64,000 bases of DNA from Octopus sinensis (Eukaryota): assembly GCF_006345805.1 (NCBI RefSeq), contig NC_043011.1:29648464-29712463 (forward strand), read 5' to 3'. Position 1 is the stretch's first letter. Each line of letters opens with the position of its first letter. Below are positions 51,675-63,745 of the stretch, one piece after another. The notes beneath the pieces were generated by a model. The model saw nothing but the letters and a program-made list of their open reading frames with translations. It was not told the DNA's origin and made no database searches. Made by a program: the position numbers and the translations under genes.

Positions 51675-52305
51675 ACAAAAGCCAGTTTCCTGGTTTCATG
51701 GCATAGAAATTCCCCACCTGGACGGGACGCCGGTCCGTCGCAGGATTACTCCTTTTTGCCAGCTGAGTGGACTTGGGCAATGTGAAATGAAGTGTTTTGC
51801 TCAAGAACACAATGTGTCGCTTGGTCAAGGAATTGAAACCACAATCTTACAATCACAAGTCCAACACCCTTACCACTAAGCCACATGCCTCCACCTCCAA
51901 CTCACTGCATGCACCCAGAACTGAAACTCTGTCATGGTCACTCTCTCTTTTTACTCTTTTACTTGTTTCAATCATTTGACTGCGGCCATGCTGGAGCACT
52001 GCCTTTAGTCGAGCAAATCGACCCCAGCACGTATTCTTTGTAAGCCTAGAACTTATTCTATGCCGAACCGCTAAGTGATGGGGACATAAACACACCAGCA
52101 TCGGTTGTCGACCAATGCTAGGGGGACAAACACAGACACACAAACATACACACATACATATATATAAATACATATATTTGATGGGCTTCTTTCAGTTTCC
52201 ATCTACCAAATCCACTCACAAGGCTTTGGTCCGCCTGAGGCTATAGTAGAAGACACCTGCCCAAGATGGCACACAGTGGGACTGAACCTGGAACCATGTG
52301 GTTGC
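51675..52305 (-). mobile_element. Family-3a SINE (51675-51895) and family-1 SINE (51943-52305)
   Basis: Diagnostic motifs present. Confidence 0.85.
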
Positions 52306-52607
52306 TCAGGAGTCAATAAATGAAGTACCAGTCCAGGGCTGTAGATGGATGTGATTGCTATAGCAACAGACAAGCTGTCTTGTCACTTCTATTCTGGTTC
52401 TTTATCATGCATTCTGAATTTAAAATCCCACCTTCTGCTACCAAGAGAGACAACAGTGACACATTTATCAGCAGCTGCTATCAGCAATTTGGAAAACCAA
52501 ATGGAAACATTGTGTTCTTTGCTTGAATCAGCTGTGATTTAATGTGATGATGTGATAACACGTTGAGAGGAAAATAATGTATAAGAATATTAAAATCAAA
52601 CACATAC

Positions 52608-52690
52608 AAATACAACATCGATTTTCTGGAACCTTTGATTACAAAGCCTTTCGAAATTACTGGATTTCTTCAAATGAAGGGTGGTCACCT
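52608..52690 (-). CDS. Gene A candidate exon
   Basis: atttaatttag| (or GAG at 52688) VTTLHLKKSSNFERLCNQRFQKIDVVF|GTATGT; ends in phase 0. Confidence 0.35.
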
Positions 52691-52899
52691 CTAAATTAAA
52701 TATTTCCAATTTACTTAGAAAATTAAATGAAGTACAAGTATTTGTACTTTAATATAAATGATACCACTTTATTAATATTAGTTTCATATTCTGGCCTGCA
52801 GGTTTGGGGTAGGGGTGAAATCAATTAACTCTTTTGACACCAACCTGCCTGAGACCACCCTAGATTCCCAGATTAGTCATGTTTAATATAAAGTAACTT

Positions 52900-53945
52900 C
52901 TTTACCGAAGTTTTTACATAATCTCCTTCGAAATAGTCACCTTGTGCAACAATACACTGGTCCTAGCATTCCTGCCATGTTTGGAATCCAGCCTGGAAGT
53001 TGTTTTCTATAAGTGAGTCGAGGACCTCTGCAATTCATTCTAGATCTTGAAAAGGGTGTTAAAACGGCGACCTTTGAGTTGCATCTTCCTTTTGGAGAAG
53101 AGATGGAAGTTTGCAAGAAGCTTACAAAGAATAAGTCTTGGGGTCGATTTGCTCGACTAAAGGTGGTGCTCTAGCATGGCCACAGTCAAATGACTGAAAC
53201 AAGTAAAGGAGTAAAAAAGAGTAAAAGAGTAATTTATATTAAAGCTATAAATAACAATTGAAACTGCTAAGGAATTTATGGCTAACACCTTGTTATATGC
53301 ATTTAGCTCAGATTTCAGGACTGCTTGAACTCTCTTGTAACATCTGGTGAATAGGGGATGTGCAGAAGTAACACCATGTTAGTTTTGGCAAGAAACACAC
53401 AAGCGAGGAGACCTCAGTGACAGGGTGCATCGCCATCATGAAGAATCCAGTTCTCTGTACTCCACAGAGCCGGTCACTTTCACCAAATGTTCTTCCTGAA
53501 ACACTTCAAAACGTCACAGTAGAACTCTTGATTGATGGTCTGGCCCTGGGGGATGAATTCTCAATGCACAATACCACATTTGTGGGGGTTGATGCTCATG
53601 GCAGGTCTTCCAGATCCCTCATCGTCTTCTAGGGACGTTTTTCCACTTTTGAAATGCCTGCACCACTTGAAACATTGTGTACAACCAATTGCCTTGTCAC
53701 CATAAGCTTGCTGAAGCATGCTCAGTGTCTTTGTTCTAGTTTCCTGTCCATGACAAATATCACAAACTACAGCTTACACATGATCACAAAAACACATATT
53801 TCACAACTTGTTAAACACAGCAATGTCACTTGGCACTCTGCCTCATGAAGGTCACTGCCAGCTCTCACTGTGCACGCAACCATGTGCTGCCATCTGTTGG
53901 CATGCTACAGAACTAACCTGGAAAGTTTTTTATACCACCTCATAT
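52900..53945 (-). mobile_element. mariner transposon, internally deleted and interrupted at 53119-53343
   Basis: TIR-like tatgaggtggtataaaaaactttcc; LHDGDAPCH..FLAKTN..HIPYSPD; then FHLF..KMQLKGRRFN...QEC*DQCIVAQGDYFEGD. Confidence 0.85.
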
Positions 53946-54059
53946 AACATAAACTTACAGCTTTAAAGTGGTCTAAATTATAAACTTCCATCAAAATTTT
54001 ATGCTAAATTGCTGCAAAGCCCAGCTTAATTATTAGAAAGTTATTTTACTAAATTACTC

Positions 54060-54867
54060 TCTAACTCTTTTTTAGTCTTTTACTTGTTTAAGTCATTTGA
54101 CTGTGGCACCGCCTTTAGTTGAGCAAATCGACCCCAAGACTTATTCTTTGTAAGCCTAGTACTTATTCTATTGGTCTCTTTTGCTGAACTGCTATGTTAC
54201 GGGGATGTAAACACACCAGCATCAGTTGTCAAGCAATGTTGGGGGGTCGAACACAGACACACAAGCATATACACAGACACTTTCATGGTTTTCAATGAGT
54301 TTTAGCATCAAGTCATTAGATGTTTCAAGATATTTGGCAAGTTTAATTGTAGTGGTTTTATACACAGCCAGTGGAGGAATGTATAGGCCATGGAAACCAG
54401 GAAACCAGCCCTTATGAGTCAGTAACTCAAGGAGGTGACTTTTCTTTTAAGTCTTCAGTCTTGGAAATACACAGAAGCCTCAGAAGCATTATCATGCTAA
54501 ATTTAAAGAATTTCTCCTGATATTTCATAGAATGCCTCTTCTATGCAGTGTTTAGATGCCCCTTAAAACAGAGATGTGTTAATTTTCTTCTGACCCTCCC
54601 TGGGATTAGATCCTGAATTAGTCAGTTTAGTTTTAGAAAACTCTCCCAGTTACCTTTGACTTGTTTTAGTCATCTACTGGGTCACCACCTTGAAGGGTTT
54701 AAGTCAAACAAATCGATCCTCAGGATTTATTTTTTCTGAGTCTAGTATTTATTATCTCAATATCGTTTTAGAACTGCTAAGTTACAGGGATGTAAACACA
54801 CCAACACCAGTTGTCAAGCATTGGTGAAGGACAAACACAGACACAAAGACACACATGCAGAGCTATA

Positions 54868-54903
<36 letters not shown>

Positions 54904-54982
54904 TATATATGTGTGTGTGCATGTATAGATACATATATATATGTGTGTGTGTGTGTGTACACACACGCACGCATGCACACAC

Positions 54983-55032
<50 letters not shown>

Positions 55033-55175
55033 GCAATGACACAATGGGTTTCTTTAAGCTTCTGTCAACCAAATCCACCCACAAAGCTTTGGTTGGCCCA
55101 AGGCTATAGTAGAGGACACTTTCCCAAGGTGCCATGCTGTGGGACTAAAAACAAGCTTCCTACCACACAACCACA
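54060..55175 (-). mobile_element. Family-1 SINE tail (54060-54262), R4-like fragment (54265-54365), family-1 SINE (54650-55175)
   Basis: Diagnostic motifs; the R4 piece resembles 55990-56070. Confidence 0.75.
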
Positions 55176-55664
55176 CCACTATTTTTCCAGTAACTTTATT
55201 CATTCTAAAAACTCAATCTGCATAATAACAAAAGCAAAATTGGCTCCTTTAGCACAAATGCTGCAGTGATTATTTTTTCCCGACTAATCATAATTGTCTC
55301 TGTGTGATTATTAATGGTATTTTGTATTCTGTTATCATTTAAAATATTTGTTAAATTGTCTGAAAAATGTCTCTTCTCATTAAAGGCTTTTTAAATATTC
55401 ATTTTTGTTTTTATTCTTCATTCTGTAAGCGTTCATTTTGAGTTTCAATTTGTTTCTTTTTTATGTTGTTTGTCTTTTGTTTGTGTAGGTTGCTGTTGAA
55501 TTTTTTTTTTCTTAGGAGCAGGGGTTATTAGAAATGTCATCAAAATGTAAAGCTAATTCAAATGTAAAGTCTGTAAAGACAAGCAAGCCTTTTCCTTCTG
55601 TTCCTCTTTTCTTTACCTCCAGCTATGGGGGACATACATCAACGATTAACTAATCTTTATTTAC

Positions 55665-55712
55665 AAGAACTTCAAAGATAAATGGTTTGTTTGGTAATGC
55701 TTGAAATAAAGT
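55665..55712 (-). CDS. Gene A candidate exon (48 nt)
   Basis: tttctttgatttctcacccag|TLFQALPNKPFIFEVL|GTAAAT; phase 0 to 0. Confidence 0.45.
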
Positions 55713-55959
55713 CTGGGTGAGAAATCAAAGAAACACACTTACACACTATTGAAATCAGTAATAATAATCTTTTCTACCACCACTACCACCATCACCATCA
55801 TCATTATTATTATTAATGTCCATGCTCTATGCTGGCATGGAATTAACAGTTTGACAGGAACCAATGGCTCCAGGGACAGCACCGTACTCCAATTTCTGAT
55901 TTGGTGTGGTGATTTTTATGACTAGATGCCCTTCCGGATACCAACAGCTTTTTTGTTCT

Positions 55960-56581
55960 CCTTCATGACAAAATGAAGCTTCTTATGTCTCTCAATTAAG
56001 TTTTAGCATCAAGTTATTAGATGTTTTAAGATATCTGGCAAGTCTAATTGTGGTGGTTTTATAAGAGATTTCAAATTGGACCAGGCCTCAACCTCCTTGG
56101 GCTCTGAGAACTTAAAGACAATCCATGTCTGCCATTGGATGGTGCATTTTATTGTAAGTTAGCAGCTTACAAATTTTCCCATCAATTTTCTTTATTTCAC
56201 TGATATTCCAGTTCAATATATTAAAGCTATAAATAACAATTGAAACTGCTAAGGAATTTATGGCTAACACCTTGTTATATGCATTTAGCTCAGATTTCAG
56301 GACTGCTTGAACTCTGTTGTAACATTCCTTCTTTATCTTCTCTTTCATGCTGACATGCTGAATGTCAGAGCCTTCTGCATACTTGCATGTCTTACAAAAT
56401 ACAAGCTTATTGAGTATTTTCTGCTTCATTTCTATCATAGACTATCTATGTTCCTCAGCAAATACGTGATATTCAAATACTGTTTTTTACCATTTTCTTG
56501 ACTATCAGGTTATTTCTTCATGCATTTGCATGTTCTGGTCAGATGGCAGTCTTTGAATTGAGACTCATGAAGTGCTGCTTT

Positions 56582-56664
<83 letters not shown>

Positions 56665-57260
56665 ATACATGTGTATGTGTGTATATGATGTGTGTATATA
56701 TATGTGTATACATATACATACATACATACATATATGATTCTTCCTTTCTTTTCTGTCTTACCTCTAGGTCATTTTCCACTGTGTGCTTTATCGTAGTTAT
56801 TTCACCATCTACGAGTCTATTATTTCTAAAGATTTCCCTCCTAACATTTGCTAACTTCTTTTCGTCCAAATAGGGTTTGCTGTCCTGATTTCATGTTCTT
56901 CACATCTGATAAGAACGTATGGTGTGTCTCTCTTCAGATTGCTTACCTAATGTATAGTAGTAAGTGTATATTACTTCTTTATTCTCTTCTCAGGTCCATT
57001 TGATCCTCTTACATTTTTCTTCCTGTGGTAGATATTGTGGTGAACTTGGAGGGCTCGAGTTGAGGTAGTTCCTGTTCAAGTGACCAACCAGGTTCTCTTT
57101 TTAGAGGAGAGCTTGTGCCAGTAGATGACATCTCGACCCTAGGCTGTTTCTCCTGGGGGGGGGGACACTTCCAGATTAACCATAGAACAAGCGATTTGGT
57201 GTACTGTTTTAGTTTTCCTTTTTGTTTCATTAGACATTTTTGGACTACTTTAAAATTACA
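55960..57260 (-). mobile_element. R4/Dong-like LINE, internally deleted
   Basis: [14 protein letters not shown]-terminal motif; MKEKIKKECYNRVQAVLKSELNAYNKVLAINSLAVSIVIYSFNILNW...MHHPMADMDCL post-RT region; (TA)n insertion at 56586-56735. Confidence 0.8.
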
Positions 57261-57732
57261 GTTTTGAGTCCTGAGTGATTGATATAGAAATGGTAATTAT
57301 TTATACCACTATTGTCAACTCTGCCATTATTACCATTGCAATTACCTCTACCATGCCATTACAGCAGCAGCAGTGGCCATTGATTGTTATCACCACTACT
57401 TTCACAATCACTATCCTTGTGGCCACCCTTTGTAGCCATGGCAACAGTGTAGCCATGATCATCATTGTTATGAGCAGCTGCAGAATTTAGTTAAGTCTGC
57501 CAATTTTGTTCTTATTATTGTGTAGTATTATTAAATGTTGTTTAGTTTCGACTTTCGCCTTGTATTTAAGATAATCATAGATAGATGAGGGTTAGGGGTA
57601 TAGTAGGAGGAAGAGAAGTAGCTTGGTGGACACACAGCCAAATATCACCAGTCTGTAAATAGGTTCAGCAGATGCTGACAAGGGGATCAACAATGGAACA
57701 GTTACACCCATGTTCAGAGCTCCCATTCTTAC

Positions 57733-57797
57733 TTGCTGCAGTTGAATTTGTGAGAGTGGACAGTAAGCTATTCTCAGAAGTCTCACAGAGTTTCTTT
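57733..57797 (-). CDS. Gene A candidate exon (65 nt)
   Basis: ccttataatttgcag|AA RNSVRLLRIAYCPLSQIQLQQ|GTAAGA; phase 1 to 0, joins 55712 in frame. A second frame is also open. Confidence 0.45.
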
Positions 57798-57849
57798 CTG
57801 CAAATTATAAGGCTTGGTACTAGAGTGTTAACTATTGTGGTAGATACTC

Positions 57850-58078
57850 AACACCCAGCACCAATCTCAAAATCCTTACTGTCCCCAATAAAGCAGTTTT
57901 TTAGGCCTGTTCTGCCCTCATGTTAATTCCAGTCTCTCCAGCCTGGTTGTTAGAGCTCTGAGTGCCCCTACAACTAATATACTCTTCTCATTGCCCATGT
58001 TCTTGCAATTTATTCTTTTAACAGTCTGTTTTTCTATCTTTTCCAGTTTAGTAGTCTGTATTTTTCTCTCTTTGCTAG

Positions 58079-58123
<45 letters not shown>

Positions 58124-58410
58124 GAATCCATGCCATTAAAGTGACACTGGTGTAAAATATACGAAGCCCAGTATACCCATCATGACTACCCATCTGATAA
58201 GGGTACACCAGGCACATGCATCACGATCATATGTACACGACATGGTGACCTTACATCAAGATAAATAGGGAACGACTTTGCAGGTGGAGCCCAGTCAGAA
58301 TTTTGGATAAGGAATCTATCTATTTTCCAGATTTCCCAAACAATTTCACGTCATCCATAAACAGAAGATGGGCCTTTCTTCCCACATTGGTAACCCGTTT
58401 TAACTTTCCT
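57850..58410 (-). mobile_element. R4/Dong-like fragments: C-terminus (57850-58060) and RT motif (58310-58410)
   Basis: KTALLGTVRILRLVLGC*; HLLFMDDVKLFGKS. Confidence 0.75.
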
Positions 58411-59289
58411 AAGTGTCATTGTTATTAACATTATTATTATTATTGCTATCATCATCATCATCATCGTTTTTATAGAACTATTGTACTCAACAGTCTGCAT
58501 GGTCAATTAACTCGTTCTAGTTGGTTATTTTACAATGTTAGTGTTTGATCTGTCAAATCACCTTCTCCGTTGATTGCTTTCACCCTTCTTCCTCCTAGAT
58601 TTGTTGTGGCTATTCTTCAGTTATTAAGCAGCCATCTCTAATGGTTTCACAATTTAGACATTGCAGGCAATTCCAATGAACCGTGTGAGGAAATATATGT
58701 ATGCACAAGCAAGCAGTCACATGAATATTTCTACAATTACACACTCACACATGCACATGCACACACGCACACACATGCACACACACTCACATAAAATATA
58801 TATATATGGACAAACATTTATATAGACATATGCATGCACACATAACTAGCTCAATATATGTAAGTTATATATATGTACATATATATATACACACACATAG
58901 ATACATATGTAAAATTATAATAAGGGTGTTGAATGATTACAACACCAGTCTGCTAGAAATAAACCCCAAAAAGTCTATGAAACACTTAGATTTTTACTCC
59001 ACAACCCAAGGTAAATAATGATTTTATCCTAATTATGTATAAAAATACATCCATATGTATGTATATGTATGTATGTATATATGTGTGTATGTATGTATGT
59101 ATGTATGTATGTATGTATGTATGTATGTATGTATGTATGTATGTATATATATATATATATTGTATACATGTGTATGTATGTATATGATGTGTGTATATAT
59201 ATATGTGTATACATATACATACATACATACATATATGCATACACACACACATATATGCACATTAAGAAATAGATCTATATATACTCTTC

Positions 59290-59500
59290 TACTCTAGGCA
59301 CAAGGCCTGAAATTTTTGGTGAGTGGCCCAGTCAATTATACCAACCCCAGTTCACGACTGGTACTTAATTTATCGACCTCGAAATGACGAAAGGTAAAGT
59401 CGACTTTGGTGGAATTTGAACTCAGAATTTTAAAGACAAGTGAAATATCACTAAGCATTTCGCCCAGCGTGCTAATGTTACTGTCAGCTCGCTGTCTTAA
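59290..59500 (-). mobile_element. Family-2 SINE
   Basis: actggtacttaatttatcgacc...aaagtcgactt..ggaatttgaactcagaa. Confidence 0.8.
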
Positions 59501-59708
59501 ATAGATGTATATATAAATGAAGAGAATGAAAATTTAAGGAAGTTAGAGAGAGAGAGAGACAGAGAGAGAAAGAGAGACAAACAGACAGACAGAGAATGAG
59601 AGAGAGAGAGTGAGTGAGTGAAAGAAAGAGAGAGGAGAAATAAAAAAAATGAGCATGAAAAATCTTACACCATAAGAAATAATGAATCTAAATGTGTTAT
59701 TTAATGTT

Positions 59709-59853
59709 TTATTTTTTCCAGTATTTATCATCGAGGAGATCTTTTAATTCCTTTTGGTTGCATTTCGTTTGTTTGATCCAGGAAAGAATTTCCATTAAAC
59801 CGATTTTTGGTGGGTTATTATTGAATAATGAAACTCTAACTTGGTCTAGAATT
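59709..59853 (-). CDS. Gene B terminal exon, unknown product
   Basis: aacatttctctttag|A ILDQVRVSLFNNNPPKIGLMEILSWIKQTKCNQKELKDLLDDKYWKK*; phase 2 start; AATAAA overlaps the stop. Confidence 0.6.
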
Positions 59854-60225
59854 CTAAAGAGAAATGTTAGTTAAATCACAGGCGTCTAAGTCTTGAAGGG
59901 TATTTGGAGAAGAGTTCAATCAGTCCAGTTATTGTGAGATGTGGTTTAGCCATCACTTGCAAGTGAGTTTGATTTAGTAGCTTGTACTATAGCTTTCACA
60001 GATTGCTTTAAGTGACTGTGTAGTCACAAGCAGCCACAATTGGCACTTCCACAATTTGAACTAATGTGACAGCAGGAAGGAGAGAGAATTGCACCAGCAC
60101 TCACCTGGAACTCCTTTCCAGGTGAGTAGACAGGTGTAACATAAAAAGATGTGTTTTGCTCAAGGACACAATGTGATGCCAATCAAAGAACTGAACCCAT
60201 GATCTCTAGACTATAACCACTAGAC

Positions 60226-60907
60226 CAGTGCTTCTCAAACTATCTGATGTGGCATACTGGCAGTTTTTTTTCCCAGTGTGCCAGGAACTGGTGATATTTC
60301 TTAGTAATATTAATTTATACCCTCTTGTACTCTTGTACTTGTTTCAGTCATTTGACTGCGGCCATGCTGGGGCAAATCGACCCCAGGACTTATTCTTTGT
60401 AAGCCTAGTACTTATTCTATTGGTCTCGTTTGCTGAACCACTAAGTTACGGGGACGTAAACACACCAGCATCGGTTGTCAAGCGATGTTGGGGGGGACAA
60501 ACACAGACACACAAACACACATATATATATATACATATACACATATATTATGGGCTTCTTTCAGTTTCCGTCTACCAAATCCACTCACAAGGCTTTGGTA
60601 GGCCCGAGGCTATAGTAGAAGACACTTGCCCTAGGTGCCACGCAGTGGGACTGAACCCGGAACCATGTGGTTCGTAAGCAAGCTACTTACCACACAGCCA
60701 CTCCTGCGCCTATAAACAAGAAACAATATATATAATGAATATAATAAAAGTTGACAATTTTTTTATCTTATATTTATATTGTAAACAAATAATACAATAT
60801 TACATAAGCATTTTATAATGTTTCTTTTCTGGAAACAAACTGCATACAGGCAGCTGATGGCTCATGGACCAGCACTGGTCCACGAACTACCACTTTGAGT
60901 AGCACTG
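60226..60907. mobile_element. hAT-type MITE interrupted by a family-1 SINE (60322-60710, -)
   Basis: cactagac|cagtgcttctcaaa ... tttgagtagcactg|cactaaac (8-bp TSD, one mismatch). Confidence 0.85.
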
Positions 60908-61013
60908 CACTAAACTATATGAAGAGTAATGCTTCTAATATTTATGTAACTTTGCATCAAAATTAGAGAGAGAGAATATAGTGTTTTGGTTTAGTTGTAC
61001 TGGATGTGGTTAC

Positions 61014-61041
61014 CTCTGCTGGCATCTAAGAGTTTCTCTCT
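61014..61041 (-). CDS. Gene B penultimate microexon (28 nt, RETLRCQQ)
   Basis: ttcatctttctttcag| ... GAG|GTAACC; its phase-2 end joins 59853 in frame (QQR-ILDQ). Confidence 0.55.
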
Positions 61042-61194
61042 CTGAAAGAAAGATGAATTTTATGGCGAAGGTGTATGTAGAGTAAGATTAAATTAAAGAA
61101 GTGTTCAGAAATTGAGTGCAAATGATGTAGTCTGATTAAATAGAAATGAAATGAATATACTTTACTGAGGATGAACAATGTATCATAAATGATG

Positions 61195-61597
61195 CAGCGT
61201 TGCCTTACTGGCACTTGTGCCCCATGCTAGTAGGGTGCTAAGAGTACCATCCGAGCGTGATTGTTGCCAGAGCAGCTAATTGGCTTCCGTGCTGGTGGCA
61301 TGTAAAAGGCACCATTCGAGCGTGATCATTACTAGCGTCGCCTTACTGGCACTTGTGCCAGTGGCATGTGTAAAAACAGTCGAGCGAGGTCATTGCCAGT
61401 ACCGCCTGACTGACCCCCATTTTGGTGGCACGTAGAAGCACCCACTACACTCTCAGAGTGGTTGGCGTTAGGAAGGGCATCCAGCCGTAGAAACTCTGCC
61501 AGATCAAAATTGGAGCCTGGTTCACCAGCCCTCAGTCAAATCATCCAACCCATGCTAGCATGGAAAGCAGATGTTAAACGATGATGATGATGATGAT
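61195..61597 (+). mobile_element. RTE-type 3' UTR with tandem units of about 66 nt and (GAT)n tail
   Basis: Same units and tail as 43690-44095. Confidence 0.8.
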
Positions 61598-62779
61598 ATT
61601 TAAACTGGTCACATGTGGCCCAAATATTCTACATGTTTTATGTTTAAACTGGCCAAATCCAGTCTTTTACATCTATACAACAATGTCTCTCTAAAATTAA
61701 ACAGTCACATTATCAAAATTTCAAAGTTATAAAATAATGCAGGATTGATTCAAAACAATGTTTATAAATAAGTATTGCCTTTTGACAGAGTAATCTGAAT
61801 GCTAAAAGGTTAAGAGAGAAAAACTGGTGATAAGAGGAATTCACTGTAGTGTGCAAGAAGGAAGACTGTAATTGAAGGACATATTTGGTAAACAATGCCA
61901 AAATATTCAAGTGGAAACTAAATATATAAGAGGGAAACCAAGGAAGGCATAGGAAAATGTTGTGAAGTCTGATCTCAAGTAATTGATCTTACAAGGAAAA
62001 TAGGAAAAATACATGCTAAATAGCAAGGCATGTCCAACCTCGGGAGAAAATCCATCCACCCAGTTAAGCATAGGAAAAAATGAGAGTAAAAATTATGATG
62101 ACAATGTCAAGAGTCTGACCCATGCAGGCATAGAAAAGAAGATGTTAGAACAATGATGATGAGGTTTCCTGGTGAAAGCTGGAGCATTACACCATTATTG
62201 TGTAATGGTAAAACCAAAGACCAAGGACCAAGGACCAAGGACCAAAGACCATGTGGTGGTGTTGAATTAAATGACAAATTAAAACCATCAATCCTCTCAA
62301 TGCGACTAGGGTGACACAGTACAAGTTCACATCTCACCTAAATTTCTTTCTTTGTCATGCTTTTATGATCTAGCTGCCAGTTTTGGGGAGCTTAAATCTG
62401 AATATTAACTTCATTAACTTTCCTTAGTTGAAAAACCATTTCAAAATTCCTGACCATTCTGTGGTGCTTCTATTGCTTCTGTTGCTGCCTCTCATACTTC
62501 TTCACATAATGACAAATAAAAATGTAATTATGAATATTTATATTTTCGTTTTAATGAATAATAAATAGGTGGGATAGAAGGTCGTATTATGATTCATTTC
62601 TATGTAAACAAAAGCTTCCTTGTTTGCTTTCATGTTTATCTTTTATCATTTACATAAACATCATAATTGTCAGCCACCATAGGAGCCATTAATACAGCCA
62701 GATCTGCTAGAGTCTCTCTTAAACTATACCCGACTCTCATAGATATTTGTTATTCAGTGTTGAGGACTTGTCAAAGAAA

Positions 62780-63140
62780 ATGGAGGAGAGTTTCCTTGTG
62801 GAACATGGTGAAATGCAATTTTGGCTACAGCCACTGAATAACAAATATCTATGAGAATCGGGTATAGTTTAAGAGAGACTCTAGCAGATCTTCTGGCTAT
62901 ATTAATGGCTCCTATGGTGGCTGACAATTATGATGTTTATGAGGGTTCAAACTTTTCATGGCATGAGCACAAGATCAGGCAGGTGACAGATGGATATAGT
63001 CTACCAATTTCTACAAGTAATGCCCAACACACTGTAGGATTTGTTGGCCACTGCTCTCATGCTGAAATCAGGCCACATCAGATGTTATATTTTGAAGGAT
63101 TTCCACACCCTAACAAAGAATTAAGACCATGAAGATCACT
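62780..63140 (+). mobile_element. RTE LINE C-terminal fragment
   Basis: FSWHEHKIRQVTDGYSLPIST..GFVGHCSHAE resembles ISWREH.TN..IYG.LP.IS..RLRFAGHC.R. Confidence 0.65.
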
Positions 63141-63322
63141 CTAACCCTAACCCTAACCTAATCTTGTGCTCATGTTATTCAGATAAGAAAAAGTATGTAC
63201 TTTCATGGATGTCAGCTGTCCAGCTGACGACACTGTCTCTGAAAACCAAAGAGAAAGAAGATTACTATGGACAACTGCTTCAAAACTTCCAGTTAGTGAA
63301 ACAGTAAAAATACTATTCTCTT

Positions 63323-63545
63323 TCTCTTTTACTCTTTTACTTGTTTCAGTCATTTTGACTGCGGCCATGCTGGAGCACCGCCTTTAGTCGAGCAATCAAC
63401 CCTGGGACTTATTCTTTGTAAGCCCAGTACTTATTCTATCGGTCTCTTCTGCCAAACCGCTAAGTGACGGGGACGTAAACACACCAGCATCGGTTGTCAG
63501 GCAATGCTAGGGGGACAAACACAGACACACAAACATACACACACA

Positions 63546-63582
<37 letters not shown>

Positions 63583-63745
63583 GACAGGCTTCTTTCAGTT
63601 TCTGTCTACCAAATCCACTCACAAGGCATTGGTCGGCCCGAGGCTATAGCAGAAGACACTTGCCCAAGATGCCACGCAGTGTGACTGAACCCGGAAACCT
63701 GTGGTTGGTAAGCAAGCTACCTACCACACACCCACTCCTGCGCCT
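63323..63745 (-). mobile_element. Family-1 SINE
   Basis: Complete copy. Confidence 0.9.

Noticed and set aside
55515-55682. Plus-strand acceptors giving EQGLLEMSSK... or AMGDIHQRLTNLYLQELQR*
   Set aside because: No phase-linked partners, and it overlaps a minus-strand candidate exon; pyrimidine runs create chance acceptors.
59722-59864. Plus-strand exon (ttttttccag|YLSSRRSFNSFW...KRN|GTTAGT)
   Set aside because: It is antisense to the better supported gene B exon, which has an in-phase partner; no plus-strand partner was found. Not fully excluded.
62212-62250. (ACCAAGG)x5 heptamer repeat
   Set aside because: An isolated short tandem repeat with no supporting context.
63140-63162. (CCCTAA)n telomere-like repeat
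   Set aside because: Only 2-3 units, not significant.
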